Shown: positions 15,501 through 30,000 of the stretch, piece by piece
Layout of the letters: each line of letters opens with the position of its first letter
Position numbering within the stretch: the stretch's first letter is position 1
Source of the DNA: the human T2T-CHM13v2.0 reference genome, Homo sapiens
DNA length: 64,000 nucleotides
Direction: 5' to 3' (one strand)
Assembly (NCBI RefSeq): GCF_009914755.1
Contig: NC_060933.1
Program-made: the position numbers and the translations under genes
The notes under the pieces: model-generated
What the model saw: only the letters and a program-made list of their open reading frames with translations
What the model was told of the DNA's origin: nothing
Database searches by the model: none

Positions 15501-18500
15501 ATTCCATTCCATTCCATTCCATTCCATTCCGTTCCATTCCATTTCATTACATTCAGATTGATTCTATTCAATTCCCTTACATTCTATTATATTCCAATCC
15601 ATTCTGGTTGTTTCCATTCCATTCCATTCCATTTCACTCCATTCAATTGCACTCGCGTTGATTCCATTCCATTCCATTCCATTCCATTCCGGATGATTCC
15701 ATTCCATTGCATTCCATTCCATTCCATTCCCCTGCACTCGTGTTGATTCCATTCCATTCCATTACATTACATTCGGTTCCATTACATTCCATTCTATTCG
15801 GATTTATTCTATTCAATTCCCTTACACTTCATTACATTCCATTCCATTCGGGTAGTTTCCATTCCATTCCATTCCATTCCTCTCTATTCCATTGCACTCG
15901 GGTTGATTCCATTCCATTCCATTCCATTCCATTCCATTCCATTCCATTCCATTCCATTCCTTTCCATTCCATTCCATTCCATTGTACTCGGGTTGATTCC
16001 ATTCCATTGCATTCCATTCCATTCCATTCCATTCCGTTCCGTTCCATTCCATTCCATTACATTCGGATTGATTCTATTCAACTCCCTTACTCTCCATTAC
16101 ATTCGATTCCATTCGGGTTGTTCCATTCCATTCCATTCCATTCTACTCCATTCCATTGCACTCGGGTTTATTCCATTCCATTCCATTCCATTCCGGAAGA
16201 TTCCATTCCATTGCATTCCATTACATTCCGTTCCCCTGCACTCGCGTTGATTCCATTCCATTCCATTCCATTCCATTCCAATCCATTCCATTCCATTCCA
16301 TTCCATTCCATTCCGTTCCTTTCCGTTCCATTCCATTCCATTCCATTCCATTCCATTCCGTTCCGTTCCGTTCCATTCCATTCCATTCCGTTCTATTCGG
16401 GTTAATTCCATTCCATTCCAGTCGATTTCAATCGAGTTGATTCCATTCCATTCCATTCCATTCCATTCCATTCCATTCCTTTCCATTCCATTACGGATGA
16501 TTCCATTCCATTGCATTCCATTCCATTCCCCTGTACTCGGGTTGATTCCATTCCATTCCATTCCAATCCATGCCATTCCACTCGTGTTGATTCCATTCTT
16601 TCCATTCCATTAAAGTTGAATCCATTCCATTGCATTCCATTCCATTCGATTCCATTCGATTGCACTCGGGTTGATTCCATTCCATTGCATTCCATTCCAT
16701 TCCATTTCATTCCATTCCATTCCTTTCCATTCCATTCCATTCCATTCCTTTCCATTGCAATCGAGTTGATTCCATTCCATTCCTTTCCATTCCATTCCAT
16801 TGCCTTGCATTCCAGTCGGGTTGATTCCATTCCCTTCTTTCCACTCCATTACATTCCCTTCCATTCCACTCGGAATGATTGATTCTATTCCATTCCATTC
16901 CATTTCATTCCATTGCAATCCATTCCAATCCATTCCATTCCATTCCATTCCACTCGAGTTGATTTCATTCCATTCCTTTCCATTCCATTCCATTCCTTTC
17001 CACTCGAGTTGATTCCATTCCATTCCATTCCATTGCATTCCTTTCCATGCCATTCCACTCGGGTTGATTCCATTCCATTCCATTCCATTCCATTCCATTC
17101 CATTCCATTCCATTGCATTCCATTCCATTCCATTCCCCTGCACTCGGGTTGATTCCATTCCGTTCCATTCCATTCCATTTAATTCCATTCCATTCCATTC
17201 CATTCCATTCCAATCCGTTCCATTCCATTCCATTCCATTCCATTGCAATCGACTTGATTCCATTCCATTCCATTCCATTCCATTCCATTCCATTCCATTC
17301 CATTCCATTCCATTCCATTTTGTTCCAATCCATTCTATTCGGAACCATTCCATTCCATTCCATTCCATTCCATTCCATTCCATTCCATTCCATGCCATTC
17401 CACTACGGTTGATTCCATTCCTTTCCATTCCATTCGGGTTGAATCCATTCCACTCCATTCCATTCCATTCGAATCCATTCCATTCCATTCCATTCTTTTC
17501 CATTGCATTTCATTACATTCAGATTGATTCTATTCAATTCCCTTACACTCCATTATATTCCAATCCATTCTGGTTGTTTCCATTCCATTCCATTCCATTT
17601 CACTCCATTCCATTGCACTCGGTTTGATTCCATTCCATTCCATTCCATTCCATTCCGGATGATTCCATTCCATTGCATTCCATTCCATTCCATTCCCCTG
17701 CACTCAGGTTGATTCCATTCCATTCCATTCCACTCCATTCGGTTCCGTTCCATTCCATTCTATTGCATTCCATTCTATTCGGGTTAATTCCATTCCATTC
17801 TATTCCATTCCATTCCATTCCATTCCATTGCAATGGAGTTGATTTCATTCCATTCCATTGCATTCCGGATGATTCCATTCCATTGCATTCCATTCCATTC
17901 CATTCCCCTGCACTCGTGTTGATTCCATTCCCTTCCATTCCATTCCATTCCGTTCCATTCCATTGCTTTCCATTCTATTCTGGTTAATTCCATTCCATTC
18001 CATTCCATTCCATTCCATTCCATTCCATTCCATTCCATTCCATTCCATTGCAATCGAGTTGATTCCATTCCATTCCTTTCCATTCCATTCCATTGCCTTG
18101 CATTCCAATCGGGTTGATTCCATTCCCTTCTTTCCACTCCATTACATTCCCTTCCATTCCACTCGGAATGATTGATTCCATTCCATTCCATTCCATTTCA
18201 TTCCATTGCAATCCATTCCAATCCATTCCATTCCATTCCATTCCACTCGAGTTGATTTCATTCCATTCCTTTCCATTCCATTCCATTGCTTTCCAATCGA
18301 GTTGATTCCATTCCATTCCATTCCATTCCATTCCATTCCATTCCATTCCGTTGCATTCCATTCCATTACATTCGGATTGATTCTATTCAACTCCCTTACT
18401 CTCCATTACATTCCATTCCATTCGGGTTGTTTCATTCCATTCAATTCCATTCCACTCCATTCCATTGCACTCAGGTTGATTCCATTCCATTCCATTCCAT

Positions 18501-21500
18501 TCCATTCCATTCCGGATGATTCCATTCCATTGCATTCCGTTCCATTACATTCCCCTGCACTCGCGTTGATTCCATGCCATTCCACTCCATTCCATTGAAT
18601 TCCATTCCATTACAATTCGTTCCATTCCATTCTATTCCCTACCATTCTATTCCATTTCATACCATTCCATTCCATTCCATTCCATTCCATTCCATTCCGT
18701 TCCATTCCGTTCCATTCCATTCCATTCCATTCTATTCGGGTTAATTCCATTCCATTCCATTCCATTCCATTCCATTCTATTCCATTCCATTGCAATCGAG
18801 TTGAATCCATTGCATTTCATTCCATTCCATTCCATTCCATTCCATTCCGGAAGATTCCATTCCATTGCATTCCATTCCATTCCATTCCCCTGCACTCGTG
18901 TTGATTCCATTCCATTCCATTGCATTCCATTCCATTCCATTCCATTCCATTCCGTTGCATTCCATTCCATTACATTCGGATTGATTCTATTCAACTCCCT
19001 TAGTCTCCATTCCATTCCATTCCATTCGGGTTGTTCCATTCCATTCCATTCCATTCCACTCCATTCTATTGCACTCGGGTTGATTCCATTCCATTCCATT
19101 CCGTTCCATTCCATTCCATTACATTCGGATTGATTCTATTCAATTCCCTTACTCTCCATTACATTCCATTCCATTCGGGTAGTTTCCATTCCACTCCATT
19201 CCATTTCTCTCCATTCCATTGCACTCGGGTTGATTCCATTCCATTGCATTCCATTCCATTCCATTCAATTCCATTCCGTTCCATTCCATTCCATTACATT
19301 CGGATTGATTCTATTCAACTCCCTTACTCTCCATTACATTCCATTCCATTCGGGTTGTTCCATTCCATTCCACTCCATTCCACTCCATTCCATTGCACTA
19401 GGGTTGATTCCATTCCATTGCATTCCATTCCATTCCATTCCATTCCATTCCGGAAGATTCCATTCCATTGCATTCCATTCCATTCCATTCCCCTGCACTC
19501 GCGTTGATTCCATACCATTCCATTCTATTCCATTCCATTCCCTTCCTTTCCGTTCCATTCCATTCCATTCCATTCCATTCCATTCCATTCCGTTCCGTTC
19601 CATTCCATTCCATTCCATTCTATTCGGGTTAATTCCACTCCATTCCATTCGATTGCAATCGAGTTGATTCCATTCCATTCCTTTCCATTCCATTCCATTC
19701 CATTCCTTTCCATTCCATTACGCATTATTCCATTCCATTGCATTCCATTCCATTCCATTCCCCTGTAATCGGGTTGATTCCATTCCATTCCATTCCAATC
19801 CATGCCATTCCACTCGTGTTGATTCCATTCTTTCCATTCCTTTCAAGTTGAATCCATTCCATTGCATTCCATTCCATTCGTTTCCATTCGATTGCACTCG
19901 GGTTGATTCCATTCCATTGCATTCCATTCCATTCCATTCCATTCCGTTCCATTCCATTCCATTACATTCGGATTGATTCTATTCAATTCCCTTACACTCC
20001 AATACATTCCATTCCATTCGGGTAGTTTCCATTCCATTCCATTCCTCTCCATTCCATTGCACTCGGGTTGATTCCATTCCATTGCATTCCATTCCATTCC
20101 ATTCAATTCCATTCCGTTCCATTCCATTCCATTACATTCGGATTGATTCTATTCAACTCCCTTACTCTCCATTACATTACATTCCATTCGGGTTGTTCCA
20201 TTCCATTCCATTCCATTCCACTCCATTCCATTGCACTCGGGTTTATTCCTTTCAATTCCATTCCATTCCATTCCATTCCATTCCGGAAGATTCCATTCCA
20301 TTGCATTCCATTCCATTCCATTCCCCTGCACTCGCGTTGATTCCATTCCATTCCATTCCATTCCATTCCATTCCATTCCATTCCATTCCTTTCCGTTCCA
20401 TTCCATTCCATTCCATTCCAATCCATTCCATTCCGTTCCGTTCCGTTCCATTCCAGTCTATTCCATTCTATTCGGGTTAATACCATTCCATTCCATTCGA
20501 TTTCAATCGAGTTGATTCCATTCCATTCCATTCCATTCCATTCCATTCCTTTCCATTCCATTACGGATGATTTCATTCCATTGCATTCCATTCCATTCCT
20601 TTCCCCTGTACTCGGGTTGATTCCATTCCATTCCATTCCAATCCATGCCATTCCACTCGTGTTGATTCCATTCTTTCCATTCCATTCAAGTTGAATCCAT
20701 TCCATTGCTTTCCATTCCATTCCATTCCCCTGCAGTCGGGTTGATTCCATTCAATTCCATTCCATTCCATTCCATTTCATTCCGTTCCGTTCCGTTCCGT
20801 TCCATTCCATTCTATTCCATTCTATTCGGGTTAATTCCATTCCATTCCATTCCATTCCATTCCAATCGAGTTGATTCTATTCCATACCATTCCATTCCAT
20901 TCCACTCCATTCCAGTCCTTTCCATTCCATTCCACTCGGGTTGATTCCAATGTATTCCTTTCCATTCCATTCCATTCCATTGCAATCGAGTTGATTCCAT
21001 TGCTTTGCATTCCATTCCATTCCATTCCATTCCGGGTGATTCCATTCCATTGCATTCCATTCCATTCCATTCCCCTGCACTCGGGTTGATTCCATTCCAT
21101 TCCACTCCATTCCGTTCCATTCCATTCCATTCCATTGTATTCGGGTTAATTCCATTCCATTCCAGTCCATTCCATTCCATTCCATTCCATTACAATCGAG
21201 TTGATTCCATTCCATTCCATTCCATTCCATTCCAGTCCTTTCCATTCCATTCCACTCGGGTTGATTCCATTCTATTAGTTTCCATTCCATTCCATTCCCT
21301 TCCATTCCACTCTGCTGATTCCATTCCTTTCCATTCCACTCGAATACATTCCCTCCTATTCCACTCGGAACGATTCCATTCCATTCCATTCCATTCCATT
21401 CCATTCCATTCCATTCCATTCCATTTCGTTCCATTCCATTCTATTCCGTATCAATCCATTCCATTGCATTCCATTCCATTCCATTCCACTCGTGTTGATT

Positions 21501-24089
21501 CCATTCCTTTCCATTCCATTAGGTTTGAAGGCATTCCATTCTATTCCATTCCATTCCATTCCATTCCATTCCATTCCATTCCATTGTACTCGGGTTGATT
21601 CCATTCCATTGCATTCCATTCCATTCCATTCCGGATGATTCCATTCCATTGCATTCCATTCCATTCCATTCCCGTGCACTCGGGTTGATTCCATTCCATT
21701 CCATTCCATTACATTCCGTTCCATTCCATTCCATTCCATTCGGATTGATTCTATTCAATTCCCTTACACTCCATTACATTCCATTGCATTCGGGTAGTTT
21801 CCGTTCCATTCCATTCCATTCCTCTCCATTACATTGCACTCGGGTTGATACCATTCCATTCCATTCCATTCCATTCCATTCCATTCCGTTCCATTGTACT
21901 CGGTTTGATTCCGTTCCATTGCATTCCATTCCATTCCATTCCATTACATTCCATTCCATTCCATTCCGTTCCATTCCATTACATTCGGATTGATTCTATT
22001 CAACTCCCTTACTCTCCATTACATTCCATTCCATTCGGGTTGTTCCATTCCATTCCATTCCATTCCACTCCATTCCATTGCACTCGGGTTGATTCCATTC
22101 CATTCCATTCCATTCCATTCCATTCCATTCCGGGTGATTCCATTCCATTGCATTCCGTTCCATTACATTCCACTGCACTCGGGTTGATTCCATTCCATTC
22201 CATTCCATTCCATTCGATTCCATTCCATTCCAATTCATTCCATTCCATTCTATTCCGTACCATTCCATTCCATTCCATACAATTCCATTCCATTCCATTC
22301 CACTCCGTTCCGTTCCGTTCAGTTCCGTTCCGTTCCGTTCCATTCCATTCCATTCCATTCTATTCGGTTTAATTCCATTCCATTCCATTCCATTCCATTC
22401 TATTCCATTCCATTGCAATCGAGTTGAATCCATTGCATTCCATTCCATTCCATTCCATTCCATTCCTTTCCATTCCGGAAGATTCCATTCCATTGCATTC
22501 CATTCCATTCCATTCCGTTCCATTCCATTCCATTCCATTCCATTCCATTGTACCCGGGTTGATTCCATTCCATTGCATTCCATTCCATTCCATTCCATTC
22601 CATTCCATTCCATTCCGTTCCATTCCATTCCATTACATTCGGATTGATTCTTTTCAACTCCCTTACTCTCCATTATATTCCATTCCATTCGGGTTGTTCC
22701 ATTCCATTCCATTCCATTCCACTCCATTCCATTGCACTCGGGTTGATTCCATTCCATTCCATTCCATTCCATTCCGGATGATTCCTTTCCATTGCATTCC
22801 GTTCCATTACATTCCCCTGCACTCGGGTTGATTCCATTACATTCCATTCCATTCCATTCGATTCCATTCCATTCTCCTGCACTCGCGTTGATTCCATTGC
22901 ATTCCATTCCATTCCATTCCATTCCATTCCATTCCATTCCATTCCTTTCCATTCCAGTCCTTTCCATTCCATTCCACTAGGGTTGATTCCATTCTATTAG
23001 TTTCCATTCCATTCCATTCCCTTCCATTCCACTCTGGTTGATTCCATTCCTTTCCATTCCACTCGAATACATTCCCTCCTATTCCACTCGGAACGATTCC
23101 ATTCCATTCCATTCCATTCCATTCCATTCCATTCCATTTCGTTCCATTCCATCCTATTCCGTATCATTCCATTCCATTCCATTCCATTCCATTCCATTCC
23201 ATTCCATTCCACTCGTGTTGATTCCATTCCTTTCCATTCCATTCGGTTTGAAGGCATTCCATTCCATTCCATTCCATTCCATTCCATTCCATTCCATTGT
23301 ACTCGGGTTGATTCCATTCCATTGCATTCCATTCCATTCCATTCCATTCCATTCCGTTGCATTCCATTCCATTACATTCTGATTGATTCTATTCAACTCC
23401 CTTACTCTCCATTACATTCCATTCCATTCGGGTTGTTCCAATCCATTCCATTCCATTCCACTCCATTCCATTGCACTCGGGTTGATTCCATTCCATTCCA
23501 TTCCATTCCATTCTATTCCGGTTGATTCCATTCCATTGCATTCCGTTCCATTACATTCCCCTGCACTCGCGTTGATTCCATTCCATTCCATTCCATTCCA
23601 TTGAATTCCATTCCATTACAATTCCTTCCATTCCATTCTATTCCGTACCATTCCATTCCATTCCATACCATTCCATTGCATTCCATTCCATTCCATTCCA
23701 CTCCATTCCAGTCCTTTCCATTCCATTCCAATCAGGTTGATTCCATTCTATTCCTTTCCATTCCATTCCTTTCCATTGCAATCGAGTTGATTCCATTGCT
23801 TTGCATTCCAATCCATTCCATTCCAATCCGGATGATTCCATTCCATTGCATTCCATTCCATTCCATTCCCCTGCACTCGGGTTGAATCCATTCCATTCCA
23901 CTCCATTCCGTTCCATTCCATTCCATTCCATTCCATTCCAATGTATTCGGGTTAATTCCATTCCATTCCATTCCATTCCATTCCATTCCATTCCATTCCA
24001 TTCCATTCCATTCCATTCCAATCCAGTTGATTCCATTCCATTCCATTCCATTCCATTCCATTCCAGTCCTTTCCATTCCATTCCACTCG

Positions 24090-27000
24090 GGTTGATTCCA
24101 ATCTATTAGTTTCCATTCCATTCCATTCCCTTCCATTCCACTCTGGTTTATTCCATTCCACTCGAATACATTCCCTCCTATTCCACTCCGAACGATTCCA
24201 TTCCATTCCATTCCTTTCCATTCCATTCCATTCCATTCCGTTCCATTCCATTCCATTACATTCGGATTGATACTATTCAATTCCCTTACACTCAATTACA
24301 TTCCATTCCATTCGGGTAGTTTCCATTCCATTCCATTCCATTCCTCTCCATTCCATTGCACTCGGGTTGATTCCACTCCATTGCATTCCATGCCATTCCA
24401 TTTAATTCCATTCCGTTCCATTCCATTCCATTACATTCGGATTGATTCTATTCAACTCCCTTACTCTCCATTACATTCCATTCCATTCGGGTTGTTCCAT
24501 TCCATTCCATTCCATTCCACTCCATTCCATTGCACTCGGGTTGATTCCATTCCATTCCATTCCATTCCATTCCATTCCATTCCATTCCATTCCGGATGAT
24601 TCCATTCCATTACATTCCGTTCCTTTACATTCCCCTGCACTCGGGTTGATTCCATTCCATTCCATTCCATTCCATTCGATTCCATTCCATTCCAATTCTT
24701 TCCATTCCATTCTATTCCGTACCATTCCATTCCATTCCATACAATTCCATTCCATTCCATTCCATTCCGTTCCGTTCCGTTCCGTTCCGTTCCGTTCCGT
24801 TCCATTCCATTCCATTCCATTCTGTTCGGGTTAATTCCATTCCATTCCATTCCATTCCATTCCATTCCATTCTATTCCATTCCATTGCAATCGAGTTGAA
24901 TCCATTGCATTCCATTCCATTCCATTCCGGAAGATTCCATTCCATTGTATTCCATTCCATTCCATTCCCCTGCACTCGTATTGATTCCATTCCATTCCAT
25001 TCCATTCCATTCCATTCCATTCCATTCCATTCCATTCCGATCCGTTCCATTCAATTCCATTCCATTCCATTCCATTCCATTCCATTCCATTCCGTTCCGT
25101 TCCATTCCATTCCATTCCATTCCATTCTATGCGGGTTAATTCCATTCCATTCCATTCGATTGCAATCGAGTTGATTCCATTCCATTCCATTCCATTCCAT
25201 TCCATTCCATTCCATTCCATTCCTTTCCATTACATTACGTATTATTCCATTCCATTTCATTCCATTCCATTCCATTCCCCTGTACTCGGGTTGATTCCAT
25301 TCCATTCCATTCCAATCCATGCCATTCCACTCGTGTTGATTCCATTCTTTCCATTCCATTCAAGTTGAATCCATTCCATTGCATTCCATTCCTTTCCATT
25401 CCATTCGATTGCACTCGAGTTGATTCCATGACATTGCATTCCATTTCATTCCATTCCATTCCTTTCCATTCCATTCCATTCCATTCGGATTCATTCTATT
25501 CAATTCCCTTACACTCCATTGCATTCCATTCCATTCGGGTAGTTTCCATTCCATTCCATTCCATTCCTCTCCATTCCATTGCACTCGGGTTGATTCCATT
25601 CCCTTCCATTCCATTCCATTCCATTCCATTCCATTCCATTCCATTCCATTCCGGATGATTCCATTCCATTGAATTCCATTGCATTCCATTCCCCTGCACT
25701 TGGGTTGATTCCATTCCATTCCATTCCATTCCTTTCTGTTCCATTACATTCCATTCCATTCTATTCGTGTTAATTCCATTCCATTCTATTCCATTCCATT
25801 CCATTGAAATCGAGTTGATTCCATTCCATTCCATTCCATTCCATTTCATTCCATTCCATTCAAGATGATTCCATTGCATTGCCTTCCATTCCATTCCATT
25901 CCCCTGCACTCGGGTTCATTCCATTCGATTCCATTGCATTACATTCCGTTCCATTCCTTTCCATTTCATTCTATTCGGGTTAATTCCATTCCATTGCATT
26001 CCACTCCATTCCAGTCCTTTCCATTCCATTCCACTCGGGTTGATTCCATTCTATTCCTTTCCATTCCATTCCATTCCATTGCAATCGAGTTGATTCCATT
26101 CGAGTTGAATCCATTCCATTCCATTCCATTCCATTGCACACGGTTTCATTCCATTCCATTCCATTCCATTCCATTCCATTCCATTTCATTCCATTCCATT
26201 CTATTCCGTACCATTCCATTCCATCCCATTCCATTCCGTTCCATTCCATGCCATTACACTCGGGTTGATTCCATTCCTTTCCATTCCATTCTTGTTGAAT
26301 CCATTCCATTCCATTCCATTCCATTCGAATCCATTCCATTGCACTCCGGTTTATTCCATTCCATTCCATTCCATTCCATTTCATTCCATTCCATTCCATT
26401 ACATTCTGATTGATTCTATTCAATTCCCTTACACTCCATTACATTCCATTCCATTCGGGATGTTTCCATTCCATTCCATTCCATTCCACTCCATTCCATT
26501 GCATCAGGTTGATGGCATTCCATTCCATTCCATTCCATTCCGGATGATTCCATTCCATTGCATTCCATTCCATTCCATTCCCCTGCACTCTGGTTGATTC
26601 CATTCCATTCCATTCCATTCCATTCCATTCCGTTCCATTCCATTCCATTCCATTCTATTCTGGTTAATTCCATTCCATTACATTCGATTCCATTCCATTC
26701 CCTTCCATTCCATTGCAATCGAGTTGATTCCATTCCATTCCATTCCATTCCGTTCCGGATGATTCCATTCCATTCCATTCCATTCCATTCCATTCCATTC
26801 CCCTGCAGTCGGGATGATTCCATTCCATTCCATTCCATTCCATTCCATTCCATTCCATTCCGTTCCATTCCATTCCATTCCATTCTATTCGGGTTAATTC
26901 CATTCCATTCCATTCCATTCCATTCCATTCCATTCCATTCCAATCGAGTTGATTCCATTCCATTCCATTCCATTCCATTCCATTCCATTCCACTCCATTC

Positions 27001-30000
27001 CTGTCCTTTCCATTCCATTACACTCGGGTTGATTCCATTCTATTCCTTTCCATTCCATTCCATTCCATTGCAATCGAGTTGATTCCATTGCTTTGCATTC
27101 CATTCCATTCCATTCCATTCCGGATGATTCCATTCCGTTGCATTCCGTTCCATTACATTCCCCTGCACTCGGGTTGATTCCATTCCACTCCATTCCATTC
27201 CATTCGATTCCATTCCATTCCCCTGCACTCGCGTTGATTCCATTCCATTCCATTCCATTCCATTCCATTCCATTCCTTTCCGTTCCATTCCATTCCATTC
27301 CATTCCATTCCGTTCCGTTCCATTCCATTCCATTCCATTCTATTCGGGTTAATTCCATTCCATTCCATTCGATTGCAATCGAGTTGATTCCATTCCATTC
27401 CATTCCATTCCATTCCATTCCATTCCTATCCATTCCATTACTGATGATTCTATTCCATTGCATTCCATTTCCTTCCATTCCCTTGTACTCGGGTTGATTC
27501 CATTGCATTCCATTCCATTCCATTCCCCTGCAGTCGGGTTGATTCCATTCCATTCCACTCCATTCCATTCCATTCCGTTCCGTTCCGTTCCATTCCATTC
27601 CATTCCATTCTATTCGGGTTAATTCCATTCCTTTCCATTCCATTCCATTCCATTCCATTCCATTCCATTCCTTTCCGTTCCATTCCATTCCATTCCATTC
27701 CATTCCGTTCCGTTCCATTCCATTCCATTCCATTCTATTCGCGTTAATTCCATTCCATTCCATTCGATTGCAATCGAGTTGATTCCATTCCATTCCATTC
27801 CATTCCATTCCATTCCTTTCCATTCCATTACGGATGATTCTATTCCATTGCATTCCATTCCATTCCATTCCCCTGTACTCGGGTTGATTCCATTGCATTC
27901 CATTCCATTCCATTCCCCTGCAGTCGGGTTGATTCCATTCCATTCCATTCCATTCCGTTCCATTCCATTCCGTTCCGTTCCGTTCCGTTCCATTCCATTC
28001 CATTCCATTCTATTCGGGTTAATTCCATTCCATTCCATTGCATTCCATTCCATTCCATTCCAATCGAGTTGATTCCATTCCATTCCATTCCATTGCATTC
28101 CACTCCATTCCAGTCCTTTCCATTCCATTCCACTCGGGTTGATTCCAATGTATTCGTTTCCATTCCATTCCATTCCATTGCAATCGATTTGATTCCATTG
28201 CTTTGCATTCCATTCCATTCCATTCCATTCCGGATGACCCCATTCCATTGCATTCCATTCCATTGCATTCCCCTGCACTCGGGTTGAATCCATTCCATTC
28301 CACTCCATTCCGTTCCATTCCATTCCATTCCATTCCATTCCATTCCATTCCATTCCATTCCATTCCATTGTATTCGGGTTAATTCCATTCCATTCCATTC
28401 CATTCCATTCCATTCCATTCCATTCCATTACAATCGAGTTGATTGCATTCCATTCCATTCCATTCCAGTCCTTTCCATTCCATTCCACTCAGGTTGATTC
28501 CAATCTATTAGTTTCCATTCCATTCCATTCCCTTCCATTCCACTCTGGTTGATTCCATTCCTTTCCATTCCACTCGAGTACATTCCCTCCTATTCCACTC
28601 CGAACGATTCCATTCCATTCCATTCCATTCCATTCCATTCCATTCCATTCCATTCCGTTCCATTGCATTCCATTACATTCGGATTGATACTATTCAATTC
28701 CCTTACACTCCATTACATTCCATTCCATTCGGGTAGTTTCCATTCCATTCCATTCCATTCCTCTCCATTCCATTGCACTCGGGTTGATTCCATTCCATTG
28801 CATTCCATTCCATTCCATTCAATTGCATTCCGTTCCATTCCATTCCATTACTATCGGATTGATTCTATTCAACTCCCTTACTCTCCATTACATTCCATTC
28901 CATTCGGGTTGTTCCATTCTATTCCATTCCATTCCACTCCATTCCATTGCACTCGGGTTGATTCCATTCCATTCCATTCCATTCCATTCCATTCCATTCC
29001 ATTCCATTCCGGATGATTCCATTCCATTACATTCCGTTCCATTACATTCCCCTGCACTCGGGTTGATTCCATTCCTTTCCATTCCATTCCATTCGATTCC
29101 ATTCCATTCCACTTCTTTCCATTCCATTCTATTCCGTACCATTCCATTCCATTCCATACAATTCCATTCCATTCCTTTCCATTCTGTTCAGGTTAATTCC
29201 ATTCCATTCCATTCCATTCCATTCTATTCCATTCCATTGCAATCGAGTTGAATCCATTGCATTCCATTCCATTCCATTCCGGAAGATTCCATTCCAATGC
29301 ATTCCATTCCATTCCATTCCCCTGCACTCGCGTTGATTCCATTCCATTCCATTCCATTTCATTCCGATCCGTTCCATTCCATTCCATTCCATTCCATTCC
29401 ATTCCATTCCATTCCGTTCCGTTCCATTCCATTCCATTCCATTCCATTCTATGCGGGTTAATTCCATTCCATTCCATTCGATTGCAATCGAGTTGATTCC
29501 ATTCCATTCCATTCCATTCCATTCCATTCCATTCCTTTCCATTACATTACGTATGATTCCATTCCATTTCATTCCATTCCATTCCATTCCCCGGTACTCG
29601 GGTTGATTCCATTCCATTCCATTCCAATCCATGCCATTCCACTCGTGTTGATTCCATTCTTTCCATTCCATTCAAGTTGAATCCATTCCATTGCATTCCA
29701 TTCCATTCCATTCCATTCGATTGCACTCGGGTTGATTCCATGGCATTGCATTCCATTCCATTCCATTCCATTCCTTTCCATTCCATTCCATTCCATTCGG
29801 ATTCATTCTATTCAATTCCCTTACACTCCATTACATTCCATTCCATTCGGGTAGTTTCCATTCCATTCCATTCCATTCCTCTCCATTCCATTGCACTCGG
29901 GTTGATTCCATTCCATTCCATTCCATTCCATTCCATTCCATTCCGGATGATTCCATTCCATTGAATTCCATTCCATTCCATTCCCCTGCACTTGTGTTGA

